Shown: positions 8,753 through 18,862 of the stretch, in pieces
Layout of the letters: the number at the start of each line of letters is the position of its first letter
How positions within the stretch are numbered: the first letter of the stretch is position 1
Assembly: GCA_042218715.1 (NCBI GenBank)
Contig: JBDGQU010000197.1
Location: forward strand, 1-38,501
Direction of reading: 5' to 3'
Length of the DNA: 38,501 nucleotides
Source of the DNA: Candidatus Bipolaricaulia bacterium
GTDB taxonomy: Bacteria > Bipolaricaulota > Bipolaricaulia > M55B111
Program-made: the position numbers and the translations under genes
Notes under the pieces: model-generated
Database searches by the model: none
What the model saw: the letters and a program-made list of their open reading frames with translations, nothing else
Told to the model about the DNA's origin: nothing

Positions 8753-9670
8753 ATGCAGGTAATTATTACCGGAGGAACAGGATTAATTGGTAAAAAACTG
8801 GTAGAAGAACTCTCAGCGGCCGGTCACAGGTCGGTTGTCCTATCACGGAACCCGGGGGAACGAGAGGTACCTGGTGACTCCGTGCTGGTGAGGTGGGACG
8901 CCAGATCGCCGAGCGGATGGGTAGAATGGGTCGAAGATTCCGACGCGATCGTAAACCTGGCAGGGGAAAACATTGCCGGCAAAGGGTTGATCCCCGACAG
9001 ATGGACGCCGCGTAAGAAGAAAGCAATACTAAATAGTCGGTTAAAAGCAGGTGAAGCGGTGAACCAGGCAGTGGAAAAGGCGAAGGATAAGCCGCAGGTA
9101 CTGATCCAGGCCTCGGCTATCGGTTATTACGGAACAAGGGAAAGAGATAAGACCGAGGATTCCTCACCGGGAGATGATTTTCTGGCGGATACGGCCAAGA
9201 AATGGGAAAAGATAACGTCCCCCGTGGAGGAGATGGGAGTCAGGAGGGCGGTAATTCGGACTGGAATCGTACTGAGTTCCGAGGGCGGAGTACTTCCGAG
9301 GTTGATCTTGCCTTATAGGCTTTTTCTCGGAGGACCCCTTGGGTCGGGGAAGCAGTGGTATTCCTGGATTCACGTAGCCGATGAAGTGAGGGCAATAAGG
9401 TTCCTATTGGAAAACGAAGATGGGGAGGGTCCGTTTAACCTGGTTGCTCCCAACCCTAGGCGGAATTATGAATTCGGAAAAGAGCTAGGAGCGGTTTTGG
9501 ACCGGCCCTCGTATTTGAGAGTCCCGGGTTTTCTATTCAAAATACTGCTAGGGGATGCCTCTAAGCTAGTTCTAGAAGGCCAAAAAGTTAAACCTAAGAG
9601 GCTAGAGGAACTGGAATTCGAATTTGATTACCCCACACTGGAAGAGGCCCTGAATGACCTACTGAGCTAG
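8753..9670 (+). CDS. TIGR01777-family NAD-dependent epimerase/SDR (YfcH/SDR39U1-like)
   Basis: ITGGTGLIG, NLAGENI, RW....K..I..SR, ASAIGYYG, GSGKQWYSWIH, GPFNLVAP, GQKVKPKRL. Confidence 0.9.
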   Translation: MQVIITGGTGLIGKKLVEELSAAGHRSVVLSRNPGEREVPGDSVLVRWDARSPSGWVEWVEDSDAIVNLAGENIAGKGLIPDRWTPRKKKAILNSRLKAGEAVNQAVEKAKDKPQVLIQASAIGYYGTRERDKTEDSSPGDDFLADTAKKWEKITSPVEEMGVRRAVIRTGIVLSSEGGVLPRLILPYRLFLGGPLGSGKQWYSWIHVADEVRAIRFLLENEDGEGPFNLVAPNPRRNYEFGKELGAVLDRPSYLRVPGFLFKILLGDASKLVLEGQKVKPKRLEELEFEFDYPTLEEALNDLLS

Positions 9671-9883
9671 AAGTAAGCAGGGGATTGAAGGTAAAGAAAC
9701 CGGGAATCCTGCTTTAGTCCGGGATAACGTGATCATTGTCAACATACAGCTGGACCGAGAAGTTGGGTAGCCTACACACAAGCACGAAGGAGTCTTTCAG
9801 TTCCTGCGACTACAGTGAAGAACCTATTTTACTGATTTTCCCCCGAGAGTTGCAGCACTCAAACCACGGCGATGCCCTTTAGT

Positions 9884-9912
9884 TTGACAGTGGGGCATTC
9901 GATATGTAAAAT
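9884..9912 (+). promoter_or_regulatory. Strong sigma70-type promoter of the hydrogenase operon
   Basis: TTGACA-17 bp-TAAAAT. Confidence 0.75.
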
Positions 9913-9945
9913 AAAGATGTGAAAGCGTTTATGTTCACAATCTTT
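9913..9945. promoter_or_regulatory. Candidate operator palindrome over the transcription start
   Basis: AAAG-ATGTGAA-(10 nt)-TTCACAA-TCTTT. Half-sites match Rex half-sites but the spacer is 10 nt, not 4. Confidence 0.4.
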
Positions 9946-10174
9946 TATCTTTTCGCTACGTAATAACGCATTACGACCTCCCTTTAGAACTGGATACCTT
10001 AATTTACGGTTTCCGTCGATGTTGATCTGAGAATAAAAGCAACAGCCAATAACGGTAACTTTTAGTAGCAGCGAGGAAACGAAATCGGCAAGGCTGTAAA
10101 TTAATTTGAGGTCTAACGGTACCAGGTTAATGAATTACTAATCCGTTGGCCGTTAATAAGGTAGGGGAGGTATT

Positions 10175-11209
10175 ATGGATGTCTATAAAACGAGCGAGAG
10201 GGATTTTCTTGCTCTCTTAGAGGACATCGCATCCCGAAGAGAACTATTCGTTCCTGCAGAATATCACGGGGAGATAACTTACAAAAAGTGGGATGATCTG
10301 AACCATTCCGCGGTTCAATTCCCGAAAAATAGGATTGAGACTCCTCCCAAAGTTTTCTTCTTTCCTCCCAAAGAAGAGGTCTCGAAATTTCCCGCCGGAA
10401 AAGCAGAATCGGAAAGAAGTAAAAGGGCTATTTTCGGGCTCAAGGCTTGCGATCTATCTTCTTTCAAAGTACTCGATAACATTTTTCTCGACGAGGGGTT
10501 CGTAGATCCTTTCTACGCCATTAGACGCCACGATACGTTGCTGATTTCGAGTGACTGTTACGAAGTGTCGGATACTTGTTTCTGCAATAAAGTTGGGGGG
10601 CAACCTTACCCGGAAAAAGATTTCGACTTAAACGTAATTAAAGTCCCGGGCTTAGAGGATTTCATCGTCGAATTTAACCCCGAATCCCTGGAAGCCCAGG
10701 AAATTTATGACACGAACTCCAATCTGTTTGAACCCGTAACTGAAGAAACTCTGAAAAAAAGAACTGAGTTCCGGATCGAACAAAAAGAAGAGCTCAACGA
10801 AAAAAATAGTTTCTTCGAGATACCGGAAAACGTAGGAGATATTCCACCGGACAATCCCATCTGGGGAGAGCTGGCAGAGGATTGTGTGGAATGTGGTGCC
10901 TGTAACCTTTCCTGCCCGACATGCCACTGTTTCCAGCTTTACGAAACGGAAGAAGGCTCTTCAGTCAATCGAAATAAAGTCTGGGACAGCTGCAATTTCA
11001 AAGGGTACAGTCGCGTGGCAGGAGGAGCTAACCCGATGGAATCGCTCGAAAGCCGCGTCAAGAACAGATTTTACGATAAATTCGACAGGATGGACGAAAA
11101 TTATGGCTTTTCCGGTTGCACCGGGTGTGGAAGATGCATCGACGGATGTATGGGTGAGATTGATATGAGAGATGTCCTTAAGGAGGTTGCCGTTGAAAGT
11201 AAGAGCTGA
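10175..11209 (+). CDS. AsrA/HydB (sulfhydrogenase beta)/FlxBCD-like 4Fe-4S protein
   Basis: PPK.FFFP, FGLKACD, C...SDTCFC, CVECGACNLSCPTCHC, WDSC, CTGCGRCIDGC. Confidence 0.88.
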   Translation: MDVYKTSERDFLALLEDIASRRELFVPAEYHGEITYKKWDDLNHSAVQFPKNRIETPPKVFFFPPKEEVSKFPAGKAESERSKRAIFGLKACDLSSFKVLDNIFLDEGFVDPFYAIRRHDTLLISSDCYEVSDTCFCNKVGGQPYPEKDFDLNVIKVPGLEDFIVEFNPESLEAQEIYDTNSNLFEPVTEETLKKRTEFRIEQKEELNEKNSFFEIPENVGDIPPDNPIWGELAEDCVECGACNLSCPTCHCFQLYETEEGSSVNRNKVWDSCNFKGYSRVAGGANPMESLESRVKNRFYDKFDRMDENYGFSGCTGCGRCIDGCMGEIDMRDVLKEVAVESKS

Positions 11210-12044
11210 GATAAAAGAAGCCCTGAAAACCAGCGGTAATCCTTATAGATCAATTCCCGCAAAGATAACCGACATCGATGTCGAATCACCCAATATAAAG
11301 ACTTTCCGGCTTAAACCGGAAGAACCAATGGAATTTGCCACAGGGGAGTTTGTCCAGTTATCAGTACCGGGACTTGGAGAGGCACCGTTTACACCCTCTT
11401 CCTCCCCGAACGTGGCGGATAAGCTGGAGATTACCATCATGGAAGCGGGCGAAGTAACTGGAAAGCTTCACGACACCCCTCCTGGAGAAACGCTGGGAAT
11501 AAGAGGACCTTATGGAGAGGGATATCCGCTGGAGGAAATGAAGGGCCGGGATATTCTAGTCGTTGGCGGCGGAGTCGGTCTGGCGCCGCTTAGGTCTCTT
11601 TTATACATGTTATTGGATAAACCCGGAGCTTACGGAAAAATAAGTTTAAAATACGGCGCCCGGACCCCCGATCACCTTATCTATAAGGATCAGTTAGAGG
11701 AGTGGGACAGCGGCTCGATAATTGATCTGGAATTAACCGTAGACGAAGCTGACGATAGCTGGGAAGGGAATGTCGGCGTAGTAACCACCCTTCTAGAAGA
11801 ACCGGGAGTTGATACGGATGATGGCCTGGCAGTGGTGTGTGGCCCTCCGATTATGATGAAATTCACGGCTCAGGAGCTACTGAACCACTTTGACCCGGAA
11901 GATATTTACCTTTCCCTGGAGAAAAATATGAGCTGTGGCTTCGGCATGTGCGGTCACTGTCAGTTAGGGAAATACTACGTATGCAAGGATGGGCCCGTAT
12001 TTACCTATGACCAGGTAAAGGACATACCCGATTTGTGGGAGTGA
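11193..12044 (+). CDS. AsrB/HydG (sulfhydrogenase gamma)/FlxA-like FAD/NAD(P)-binding [2Fe-2S] subunit
   Basis: GEAPFT, IRGPYG, GGGVGLAP, YGART, CGPPIMM, MSCGFGMCGHC...VCKDGP. TTG start at 11193 follows AAGGAGG. Confidence 0.88.
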   Translation: MKVRAEIKEALKTSGNPYRSIPAKITDIDVESPNIKTFRLKPEEPMEFATGEFVQLSVPGLGEAPFTPSSSPNVADKLEITIMEAGEVTGKLHDTPPGETLGIRGPYGEGYPLEEMKGRDILVVGGGVGLAPLRSLLYMLLDKPGAYGKISLKYGARTPDHLIYKDQLEEWDSGSIIDLELTVDEADDSWEGNVGVVTTLLEEPGVDTDDGLAVVCGPPIMMKFTAQELLNHFDPEDIYLSLEKNMSCGFGMCGHCQLGKYYVCKDGPVFTYDQVKDIPDLWE

Positions 12045-12050
12045 ATTTAA

Positions 12051-12581
12051 ATGAAAACTTCCTCAGTATCCAAAGTAGAAGAAAGGACTCTGTTGCTGGA
12101 CCTGGACGTGTGTGACAGCGCGGATTGTGATAATTGTGAAGCTGACTGCAGCAATAACGTTCATCCGAATAATAAGGGAATTACAGAACTTAGAGAGCAG
12201 GCGACTTTTGCTCACTACTGCAGGCAGTGCGAGAATCAGGCATGTCTTGAGGCTTGTCCTGTAGATGCTCTCGATAAAAACGAGGCCGGTATCGTGGAGA
12301 GAGCGAATCTGTTATGCATAGGTTGCGATTCCTGCGTTGTGGCCTGCCCGTTTGGCACGATATACCCAGAATTTATACCGTTTTTTGATTCCAGCTGCGA
12401 CCTCTGTAAAGACAGGCCGGGCAAACCTTCCTGTGTATCCAGCTGCCCTTATGATGGACTAAAATCAGTACCGTCAGGACATGAACCGGAAGGGGAGGAC
12501 TGGCACGAAATGAGAGATGGGCTATTCGTTCACGTTAGTAGCTGGAAGCCCGAATTAATAGCTGGTAAAGGGGGTGAATAA
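12051..12581 (+). CDS. Four-cluster Fe-S electron-transfer protein (HycB/HydN/CooF-like)
   Basis: Four Cys groups: CDSADCDNCEADC, CRQCENQACLEACP, CIGCDSCVVACP, CDLC...CVSSCP. Confidence 0.85.
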   Translation: MKTSSVSKVEERTLLLDLDVCDSADCDNCEADCSNNVHPNNKGITELREQATFAHYCRQCENQACLEACPVDALDKNEAGIVERANLLCIGCDSCVVACPFGTIYPEFIPFFDSSCDLCKDRPGKPSCVSSCPYDGLKSVPSGHEPEGEDWHEMRDGLFVHVSSWKPELIAGKGGE

Positions 12582-13510
12582 TGGTTGGAGGGCTATTATT
12601 CAACTTTTTCGTCTTTCCAGGGCTCTTATTTACCCTGGTGTTAGGAATAATAGCTTCCTGGGTAGTTAGAAAGGTGTCCGCTCTCGTACAGTGGAGGGTA
12701 GGCCCGCCGCTGCTTCAACCAGCCTACGACATCGCGAAACTTTTCGGAAAAGAAAATATAATACCGTCTGGCAGCGTGGAATGGAGCTATCTTATAGCAC
12801 CTCTGCTGGGACCTGCGGGATTACTTCTGGCATCGATTATTCTAGTAAAAGCAAACTACCTCGGTACTTCATTTATAGGCGACGTCATAGTTGTGCTGTA
12901 TCTATTGATATTGCCAGCGCTTTCCATAGTGCTCGGGGGAATGTCCACGGGGAACCCCCTGTCGGGCCTGGGGTCAAACCGCGAGTTGAAGTTAATGTTA
13001 TCATACGAATTGCCCCTACTTCTCTCTATAACTGCGGCCATAGTCAAATCCGGAGGCCTTAAGATCGTAACTTTTACTGCTCAACCGATTGCTGCAAGCG
13101 TCTCGGGTGCACTTGGTTTTATCGCAGCTTTATTGTGCATCCAGGCCGAACTGGGATTTATCCCGTTCGACATACCGGAGGCGGAGACGGAGCTAATGGG
13201 GGGACCTCTGATAGAGTACTCCGGTCCTTTACTAGGACTTTACAAGATTTCCCATTTGATGGCTCTTTTAGTTCTACCCCTCTTCCTTGTTACCGTTTTC
13301 CTCGGCGGCTTCAGTACGGGCTGGGGGGCACTCTGGGGAGCCATAAAATATGTACTGGTTCTGGTCGGCATAATTTTAATTAAAAACACCAATCCGAGGC
13401 TAAGGTCCGACCAAGCCCTAAAGTTTTTCTGGTATGGGGCAACGCCCCTGGCACTCCTTGCTCTGGTGCTCGCGGTCGTAGGGGATCTAGTCGGATTAGG
13501 CTGGGTATAA
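12581..13510 (+). CDS. Membrane-bound hydrogenase subunit, NuoH/HycD/MbhM family
   Basis: QWRVGPPLLQP.YD..KL..KE, PFDIPEAETEL.GGP..EYSG, NPRLR; multiple TM helices. Confidence 0.92.
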   Translation: MVGGLLFNFFVFPGLLFTLVLGIIASWVVRKVSALVQWRVGPPLLQPAYDIAKLFGKENIIPSGSVEWSYLIAPLLGPAGLLLASIILVKANYLGTSFIGDVIVVLYLLILPALSIVLGGMSTGNPLSGLGSNRELKLMLSYELPLLLSITAAIVKSGGLKIVTFTAQPIAASVSGALGFIAALLCIQAELGFIPFDIPEAETELMGGPLIEYSGPLLGLYKISHLMALLVLPLFLVTVFLGGFSTGWGALWGAIKYVLVLVGIILIKNTNPRLRSDQALKFFWYGATPLALLALVLAVVGDLVGLGWV

Positions 13511-13529
13511 ACCGGGAGGAATCTAAATA

Positions 13530-13976
13530 ATGAATTGGAAAAGTTGGGGAATAAGCAAATCTCCCTGGCTCTATCACGTTAACACGGGCTCCTGCAATAA
13601 TTGTGATATTGAGATAGTTGATTGCTTAAGCCCAAAATTCGATGTAGAGAGATTCGGAGGGAAACTGGTAGGTTCTCCCAGGCACGCTGATGTACTAATG
13701 GTAACGGGACCTATGACCCGTAAATCAAAGCCAAGATTTGCACGGGTTATGAAAGCTTCTGCTAAGCCGTTTATCGTCGCGGCCGTGGGTACATGTGCCT
13801 GTTCCAAGGGAATGTTTCACGATGCTTATAACTGCGTTGGTCCCGTGAGAAAAGTCACCGAAGACATCGAGGAAGATATTATGGTTCTGAATATTCCTGG
13901 TTGCCCACCTAGGCCGGAAGCAATTATCGACGGATTAGTCGCGGGACTCAACAAGCTAAGGGAAGTGGAAGTATGA
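13530..13976 (+). CDS. Group 4 hydrogenase small subunit (NuoB/HycG/MbhJ family)
   Basis: GSCNNCDIE, SPRHADV..VTGP, GTCA, PGCPPRPEAI. Confidence 0.93.
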   Translation: MNWKSWGISKSPWLYHVNTGSCNNCDIEIVDCLSPKFDVERFGGKLVGSPRHADVLMVTGPMTRKSKPRFARVMKASAKPFIVAAVGTCACSKGMFHDAYNCVGPVRKVTEDIEEDIMVLNIPGCPPRPEAIIDGLVAGLNKLREVEV

Positions 13977-14431
13977 ATCCTTCGACGTTTAAAGATGAGT
14001 TATCGGGCAGGTTCGGTTGGAAACTTGGAAACACTAAAGAGAGCGAAGGAAGGTTATATCTGACTCCTGAACCGGAAATTTTAGATGAGCTTATCGAGGA
14101 AATTTTTGAGGAGAATAACGGTCGACTGGCAACTATATCCTGTGTCGACGAAGAAAGTCAATTTAAGCTTCTATATCACTTCGCACTCGATCACGAGGGC
14201 TTCATTACGACGGTAAAATTGCCGGTCGACAAGGATGGAGACCCTAGCACGGAGTCAATCGCGAATCAAATACCCGGAGCGGAATGGATAGAGCGGGAAA
14301 TAATGGAAATGTTCGGGGTCGATTTCCACAACCATCCCGCAAAGAAGAGGTTGTTAAAGGCTGAAGCGCTCGATGACCAGGACTTCCCCTACAGAAAGGA
14401 TTTCAACGTTGAAGACCTGGAGGAGAACTAA
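13973..14431 (+). CDS. NuoC/MbhK-family subunit
   Basis: RLATISCVD, LLYHF, A.WIERE..EMFGV.F..HP...RL. Confidence 0.9.
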   Translation: MNPSTFKDELSGRFGWKLGNTKESEGRLYLTPEPEILDELIEEIFEENNGRLATISCVDEESQFKLLYHFALDHEGFITTVKLPVDKDGDPSTESIANQIPGAEWIEREIMEMFGVDFHNHPAKKRLLKAEALDDQDFPYRKDFNVEDLEEN

Positions 14432-14432
14432 T

Positions 14433-15632
14433 ATGGCGACAACGATACCCATAGGACCGTATCATCCCCTGCAGGAGGAGCCCGAACACTACCTTCTCAC
14501 AGTTGAAGAGGAAGAGGTAATCGACGTCGACGTACAGATAGGATATAACCATAGAGGAATTGAGAAGCTATCCGAAAAGAAGTCTTTCAATCAAATTCCG
14601 TTTCTCGTGGAGCGGGTTTGCGGCATCTGTTCTCACTCCCACCCTTACGCTTACTGTCTGGCAGTAGAGGATTGTGGAAACATCGAAGTTCCCGAAAGAG
14701 CAAAGTATATTAGAACTCTGATAGGCGAATTGGAGAGAATCCACTCTCACCTGCTCTGGGCAGGATTAGCCGGGCACTTTATAGGTTATGACACAGTATT
14801 TATGTGGGGCTGGAGGTACAGAGAGGAAGTACTTGATATACTTGAAAGTCTCACCGGAAACAGAAACGCCTACGCCATGATGAAGCCGGGAGGAGTCCAA
14901 AGGGAGATAAAGAGGGAGGATTTAGATGGAGTGCAACAGACCCTGGAAACGCTAAAAGAGAAGGCGGAAATGTTATACGGAGCCGTACTTGATGATCCCG
15001 TATTGAAGGCGAGATTGGAAGGAGTAGGGGTCCTACCCGAGGAAGATGCGCGGGCCTACGGAGCACTGGGGCCGACTTCAAGGGCTTCGGGGCTTCCCGC
15101 TGACGTGAGATGCGATTTTCCCTACGGAGTATACGATAATCTGGACTGGAAAGTAATAACCCGAGATGCCGGAGATACGCTTGCCCGGGTGGAAGTGAGA
15201 CTTCTCGAAACCCTCGAGTCGATAAAGATGGCTGAACAAATCATTGACGACATCCCGAACGAGGGCCCAATTGACTCGGAACCGGAAGAAGTTCCACCGG
15301 GAGAGGGGATTGGAAATTATGAAGCACCTCGAGGAGAATGTTTTCATTACCTTCAGAGTGATGGATCGAACCGGCCGATACGACATAAGATTCGCGCCCC
15401 TACTTTCATGAACTTTCCCACTTATAAATCTACGTGCGAAGGCGAAACCGTCTCGGACGCGACGATAATCCTCGCCTCCGTCGATCCATGTTACAGCTGT
15501 ACGGAACGAGCTATACGTATAAAGAACAAGGAGGAAGTGGATTTAGTGGAATTAAGTCAGAAAAAAACGGCTAAGCTCAAGGAAAAGTTTGAAGTCGAGA
15601 AGAGCCCCCTGGAGGAGGTTCTAGATGAGTGA
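14433..15632 (+). CDS. Group 4 [NiFe]-hydrogenase large subunit (MbhL/HycE-like)
   Basis: GPYHP, HRGIEK, L1 motif ERVCGICSHSH, EAPRGE, L2 motif DPCYSCTER; all four Ni/Fe Cys present; 40-aa extension after L2. Start ATG 14433 after GGAGGAG. Confidence 0.93.
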   Translation: MATTIPIGPYHPLQEEPEHYLLTVEEEEVIDVDVQIGYNHRGIEKLSEKKSFNQIPFLVERVCGICSHSHPYAYCLAVEDCGNIEVPERAKYIRTLIGELERIHSHLLWAGLAGHFIGYDTVFMWGWRYREEVLDILESLTGNRNAYAMMKPGGVQREIKREDLDGVQQTLETLKEKAEMLYGAVLDDPVLKARLEGVGVLPEEDARAYGALGPTSRASGLPADVRCDFPYGVYDNLDWKVITRDAGDTLARVEVRLLETLESIKMAEQIIDDIPNEGPIDSEPEEVPPGEGIGNYEAPRGECFHYLQSDGSNRPIRHKIRAPTFMNFPTYKSTCEGETVSDATIILASVDPCYSCTERAIRIKNKEEVDLVELSQKKTAKLKEKFEVEKSPLEEVLDE

Positions 15633-17499
15633 TATTGGAATTTATGGACTGGCGCTGCTGGTGATACCTCTGGGAGCCAGTCCGATAATCTGGGTAATAG
15701 GGAAGGTTAATGGCAAACTCAGGAACTCTTTAACCCAAATTATTACATTGGGCCTCTTTGGTTTCTCGGTTTCTCTTTTTCCAGCCGTTCAATCTGGAAA
15801 TCTGGAATTTCTGAGTAAAGTAATTGGAGGATTAACGATAACTTTCGGAGTGGCTCCCCTCTCGTTACTAATGGTATCTTTAATTTCGTTTCTCTCTTTT
15901 CTCGCTTCAGTCTTTTCCCCAGCTTACTTAACGAGGTACGAAAGCTCCCAATTAAACGAAGACAAATATTATAGCGTCCTCCTTGTCTTCATGGCGGGAA
16001 TGATTGGGGCGGTGACCTCTGGGGAGCTTTTTTCAATGTTTTTGTTCTGGGAATTAATGACTTTAGGGGCGTATTTCTTGGTCGTATTTGAGAACACAGG
16101 AGTGGCGATTAAGGCCGGAAATAAGTATTTCTTGATGAGCGAAGCCGGGGCCCTATCTATTATAGCCGGGATAGTCCTTCTCTGGACGGAAACTGGAACT
16201 TCCCAGGTAAGTGCCATTCATAGCATAATGAGCTTACCGCCGGAGATGAAAACTTCTATCTTGGCCCTTTTCCTGGTCGGTTTCGGGGTGAAAACGGCTT
16301 ACTTTCCTCTTCATTCTTGGGTACCGGAAGCTTACCCTGAATCCCCTTCGCCGATCTCAGCCCTGCTCTCCGGAGCTATGAAGAAGATAGGTTTATTCTG
16401 GATAATTCGGATATTTTGGGAGATCTTCGAGGTATCGCCCTCGTGGAATAGCGCCTTAGCTGTAATTGGTGCCTTCACAATAGTAATTGGGGGGCTGCTT
16501 GCAATCGTCCAGAACGACTTAAAGCGGTTAATAGCTTACTCTAGCATATCACAGGTTGGATATATTATGCTGGGAGTAGGGATAGGAACGGGACTTGGAA
16601 TCACGGGTGCAATAACTCACCTGCTAAACCATGCCCTGTTTAAAGGACTGTTATTTCTCGGGGCTGGGATAGTCATTTATATGACAGGCACGAGGAAGCT
16701 GGACGAACTAGGCGGACTGGGTAAAGAAATCCCGGTAGTCTTCGGTTCGGTCCTTATTGGGATACTTTCGCTGGCCGGAATACCCCCGTTGAACGGGTTC
16801 TACTCAAAGTGGATTTTATACCAGGCTACCGTGGACTTCGGGCGAGGTTTCGCCCCTTTTCTCCTGGTAGCCGCTCTCTTTGGTAGTACCCTTTCAGTCA
16901 TCTACGGCGCTAAGTTCCTTTTCTCGGCCTTCTTTGGGAATGTAGGAAATAAGCTAAAAAGGTATCCCGGATGGGGTATGAAATCCGCTGTCGGGGTCCC
17001 TGCACTTTTGTGCATAGCACTCGGTGTGTATCCGAGACTATTGCTTGATTCAGTCAGGCCAATAATCGGTCAAATCCCTGCTTTCACAGGAACATGGACG
17101 GCTTATATGGCAGCAGCCTTCTTACTTGGAGCCATAGTAGTAGGGGTGGGAGCTTATTCCCTTTTTGACTTGAAGAAGCACTCTACTCGTAAACCGGTTT
17201 TCCTGGGGGGAGAGAACGAAGAAACCATAGACGAGGAGATGTATTTTCCCTACCTCAAGGAACTCGACTTCAAGGTCTATCCTTCGGAAATTTATAACAG
17301 TATAAAGAGTTCCAGGTTAGTTAACTGGCTCTTCGTCGCCGAAGAACGAAAATTCATAGATCTCTACGCGGCAATTAGCTGGGTGGGCAAAGCGTTTACC
17401 AGGTCGTTCAGGTGGGCTCATAACGGGCTCCTCTCCAGATACCTGGTCTGGGTATTTTCCGGTTTGATCGTGATATTATGGCTTCTGACAACACAATAA
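15625..17499 (+). CDS. Large antiporter-like subunit (MrpA/NuoL/HyfB family)
   Basis: FWELMT, GVKTAYFPLHSWVP, LKRLIAYSSISQ, HALFKGLLFL, GIPPLNGFYSKW; C-terminal H.GLLS.Y helix. Confidence 0.88.
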   Translation: MSDIGIYGLALLVIPLGASPIIWVIGKVNGKLRNSLTQIITLGLFGFSVSLFPAVQSGNLEFLSKVIGGLTITFGVAPLSLLMVSLISFLSFLASVFSPAYLTRYESSQLNEDKYYSVLLVFMAGMIGAVTSGELFSMFLFWELMTLGAYFLVVFENTGVAIKAGNKYFLMSEAGALSIIAGIVLLWTETGTSQVSAIHSIMSLPPEMKTSILALFLVGFGVKTAYFPLHSWVPEAYPESPSPISALLSGAMKKIGLFWIIRIFWEIFEVSPSWNSALAVIGAFTIVIGGLLAIVQNDLKRLIAYSSISQVGYIMLGVGIGTGLGITGAITHLLNHALFKGLLFLGAGIVIYMTGTRKLDELGGLGKEIPVVFGSVLIGILSLAGIPPLNGFYSKWILYQATVDFGRGFAPFLLVAALFGSTLSVIYGAKFLFSAFFGNVGNKLKRYPGWGMKSAVGVPALLCIALGVYPRLLLDSVRPIIGQIPAFTGTWTAYMAAAFLLGAIVVGVGAYSLFDLKKHSTRKPVFLGGENEETIDEEMYFPYLKELDFKVYPSEIYNSIKSSRLVNWLFVAEERKFIDLYAAISWVGKAFTRSFRWAHNGLLSRYLVWVFSGLIVILWLLTTQ

Positions 17500-17514
17500 C
17501 GGGGTTGGTTTAGG

Positions 17515-18063
17515 ATGGTACTTATCCAGGTATTTTTGGTCTTTACAATAATTGCCGCCTTAATAGCTGTCGAGGCTCCGTCCGCACTCTCTTCAATTAT
17601 TTCACTGGGGGCGGTGGGTTTCGGCCTTAGTATTGCCTTTTTGTGGCTCGGAGCACCGGATATCGCGATTACGCAGGTGGTTGTTGAGATAATTACCCTG
17701 GTAATTCTGATAAGGGCCACGATAGGTAAAGGCGTGACTGAAATCAGGGGAAATGAGAGCAAACCTCTGTTAATCGGTAGTTTGATCCTTTTTGGCCTGG
17801 GTTCGGCCTTTTTTGCAAATTACCTCAGTGCTTTTCCTGAATTTGGAAAATCCGCCATGGACGTATTTTCTGATACTCCAAGTCAGTTTTACCTGAAATA
17901 TGGACTTGAAAAAGCAGGTGGGTCTAACATAGTAAACGACATTCTCCTGGACTTTAGGGCCTATGACACCCTTGGCGAAGCCACTGTTCTGTTTACCGCC
18001 ATCCTGGGGGCGATAACTCTGCTTGGCAAAAACGTTTTCATTGGAAAAGGAGGGAATGAATGA
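17515..18063 (+). CDS. MbhD+MbhE-like fusion (homologous to MrpA C-terminal parts)
   Basis: APDIAITQ..VE and NIVNDILLDFRAYDTLGEATVLF motifs. Confidence 0.85.
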   Translation: MVLIQVFLVFTIIAALIAVEAPSALSSIISLGAVGFGLSIAFLWLGAPDIAITQVVVEIITLVILIRATIGKGVTEIRGNESKPLLIGSLILFGLGSAFFANYLSAFPEFGKSAMDVFSDTPSQFYLKYGLEKAGGSNIVNDILLDFRAYDTLGEATVLFTAILGAITLLGKNVFIGKGGNE

Positions 18064-18503
18064 GCGGAATGAGCCCAATAGTAAAGACGGTGACCCGATG
18101 GGTCTCCCCGTTCATCCTGGCGTTTGGAGTTTACATTGCCCTTACCGGACATCTCACCCCGGGTGGAGGTTTCCCCGGAGGTGTAATCATTGCCGGTTGT
18201 TTCGTATTGCTGATGCTTGCCTACGGAAAGGAAAAGGTCTATGGGGTATTTGACCTGAAATCCGCTTCTGCTACCGACAGCCTGGCTTCCCTGTCCTTCC
18301 TCTGTATGGGTCTGCTGGGTTACGTATTCGGAGGCGGATTTCTCACTAATTTCATTCAATCCGGTTTTCCCGGAAAGGCGTTCAAACTGTTAAGTGGCGG
18401 CAATATGCCGATAATCAACATAGCCATTGGCCTTAAGGTAGGAGGGTCGCTATTCGTCGTATTTGCCTACCTCGCCCTGTTTCGAGCGGTCGAGGAGGAC
18501 TGA
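18060..18503 (+). CDS. mnhB: MrpB/MnhB (MbhF) subunit
   Basis: GHLTPGGGFPGG, LLSGG, IGLKV. Confidence 0.88.
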   Translation: MSGMSPIVKTVTRWVSPFILAFGVYIALTGHLTPGGGFPGGVIIAGCFVLLMLAYGKEKVYGVFDLKSASATDSLASLSFLCMGLLGYVFGGGFLTNFIQSGFPGKAFKLLSGGNMPIINIAIGLKVGGSLFVVFAYLALFRAVEED

Positions 18504-18505
18504 AG

Positions 18506-18856
18506 ATGTTTACTTACTTACTCGCATTTGTTCTTTTTGCGGTGGGGCTATATAGCGTAATAAACAAGCGAAACCTGATTAAGATCATTATGGGGATAAT
18601 CATTATGGAGCACGCCGTAAATGCCTTCTTGATCCTTGTTGGTTACAGGATCTCCGGAAAAGCACCGATACTTGACAAGGAAATGACGGTAACGGAATTC
18701 GTCAACTCCGCAGTGGATCCTCTACCACAGGCACTTGTCATTACCTCGATCGTCATAAGTCTTGGAGTGGTGGCGTTGATGGTCGCCCTTGCCGTGAGGT
18801 TATATCAGCACTACGGCACCTTTGATATTACGGAAATTAGGAAATTAAGGGGGTAG
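18506..18856 (+). CDS. mnhC: MrpC/MnhC (MbhG) subunit
   Basis: NLIKII.G, DPLPQALVITSIVI. Confidence 0.9.
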   Translation: MFTYLLAFVLFAVGLYSVINKRNLIKIIMGIIIMEHAVNAFLILVGYRISGKAPILDKEMTVTEFVNSAVDPLPQALVITSIVISLGVVALMVALAVRLYQHYGTFDITEIRKLRG

Positions 18857-18862
18857 TCAAGT

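Noticed and set aside
10175-12044. Anaerobic sulfite reductase AsrABC or soluble sulfhydrogenase
   Set aside because: No siroheme AsrC subunit and no group 3b large or small subunits are present.
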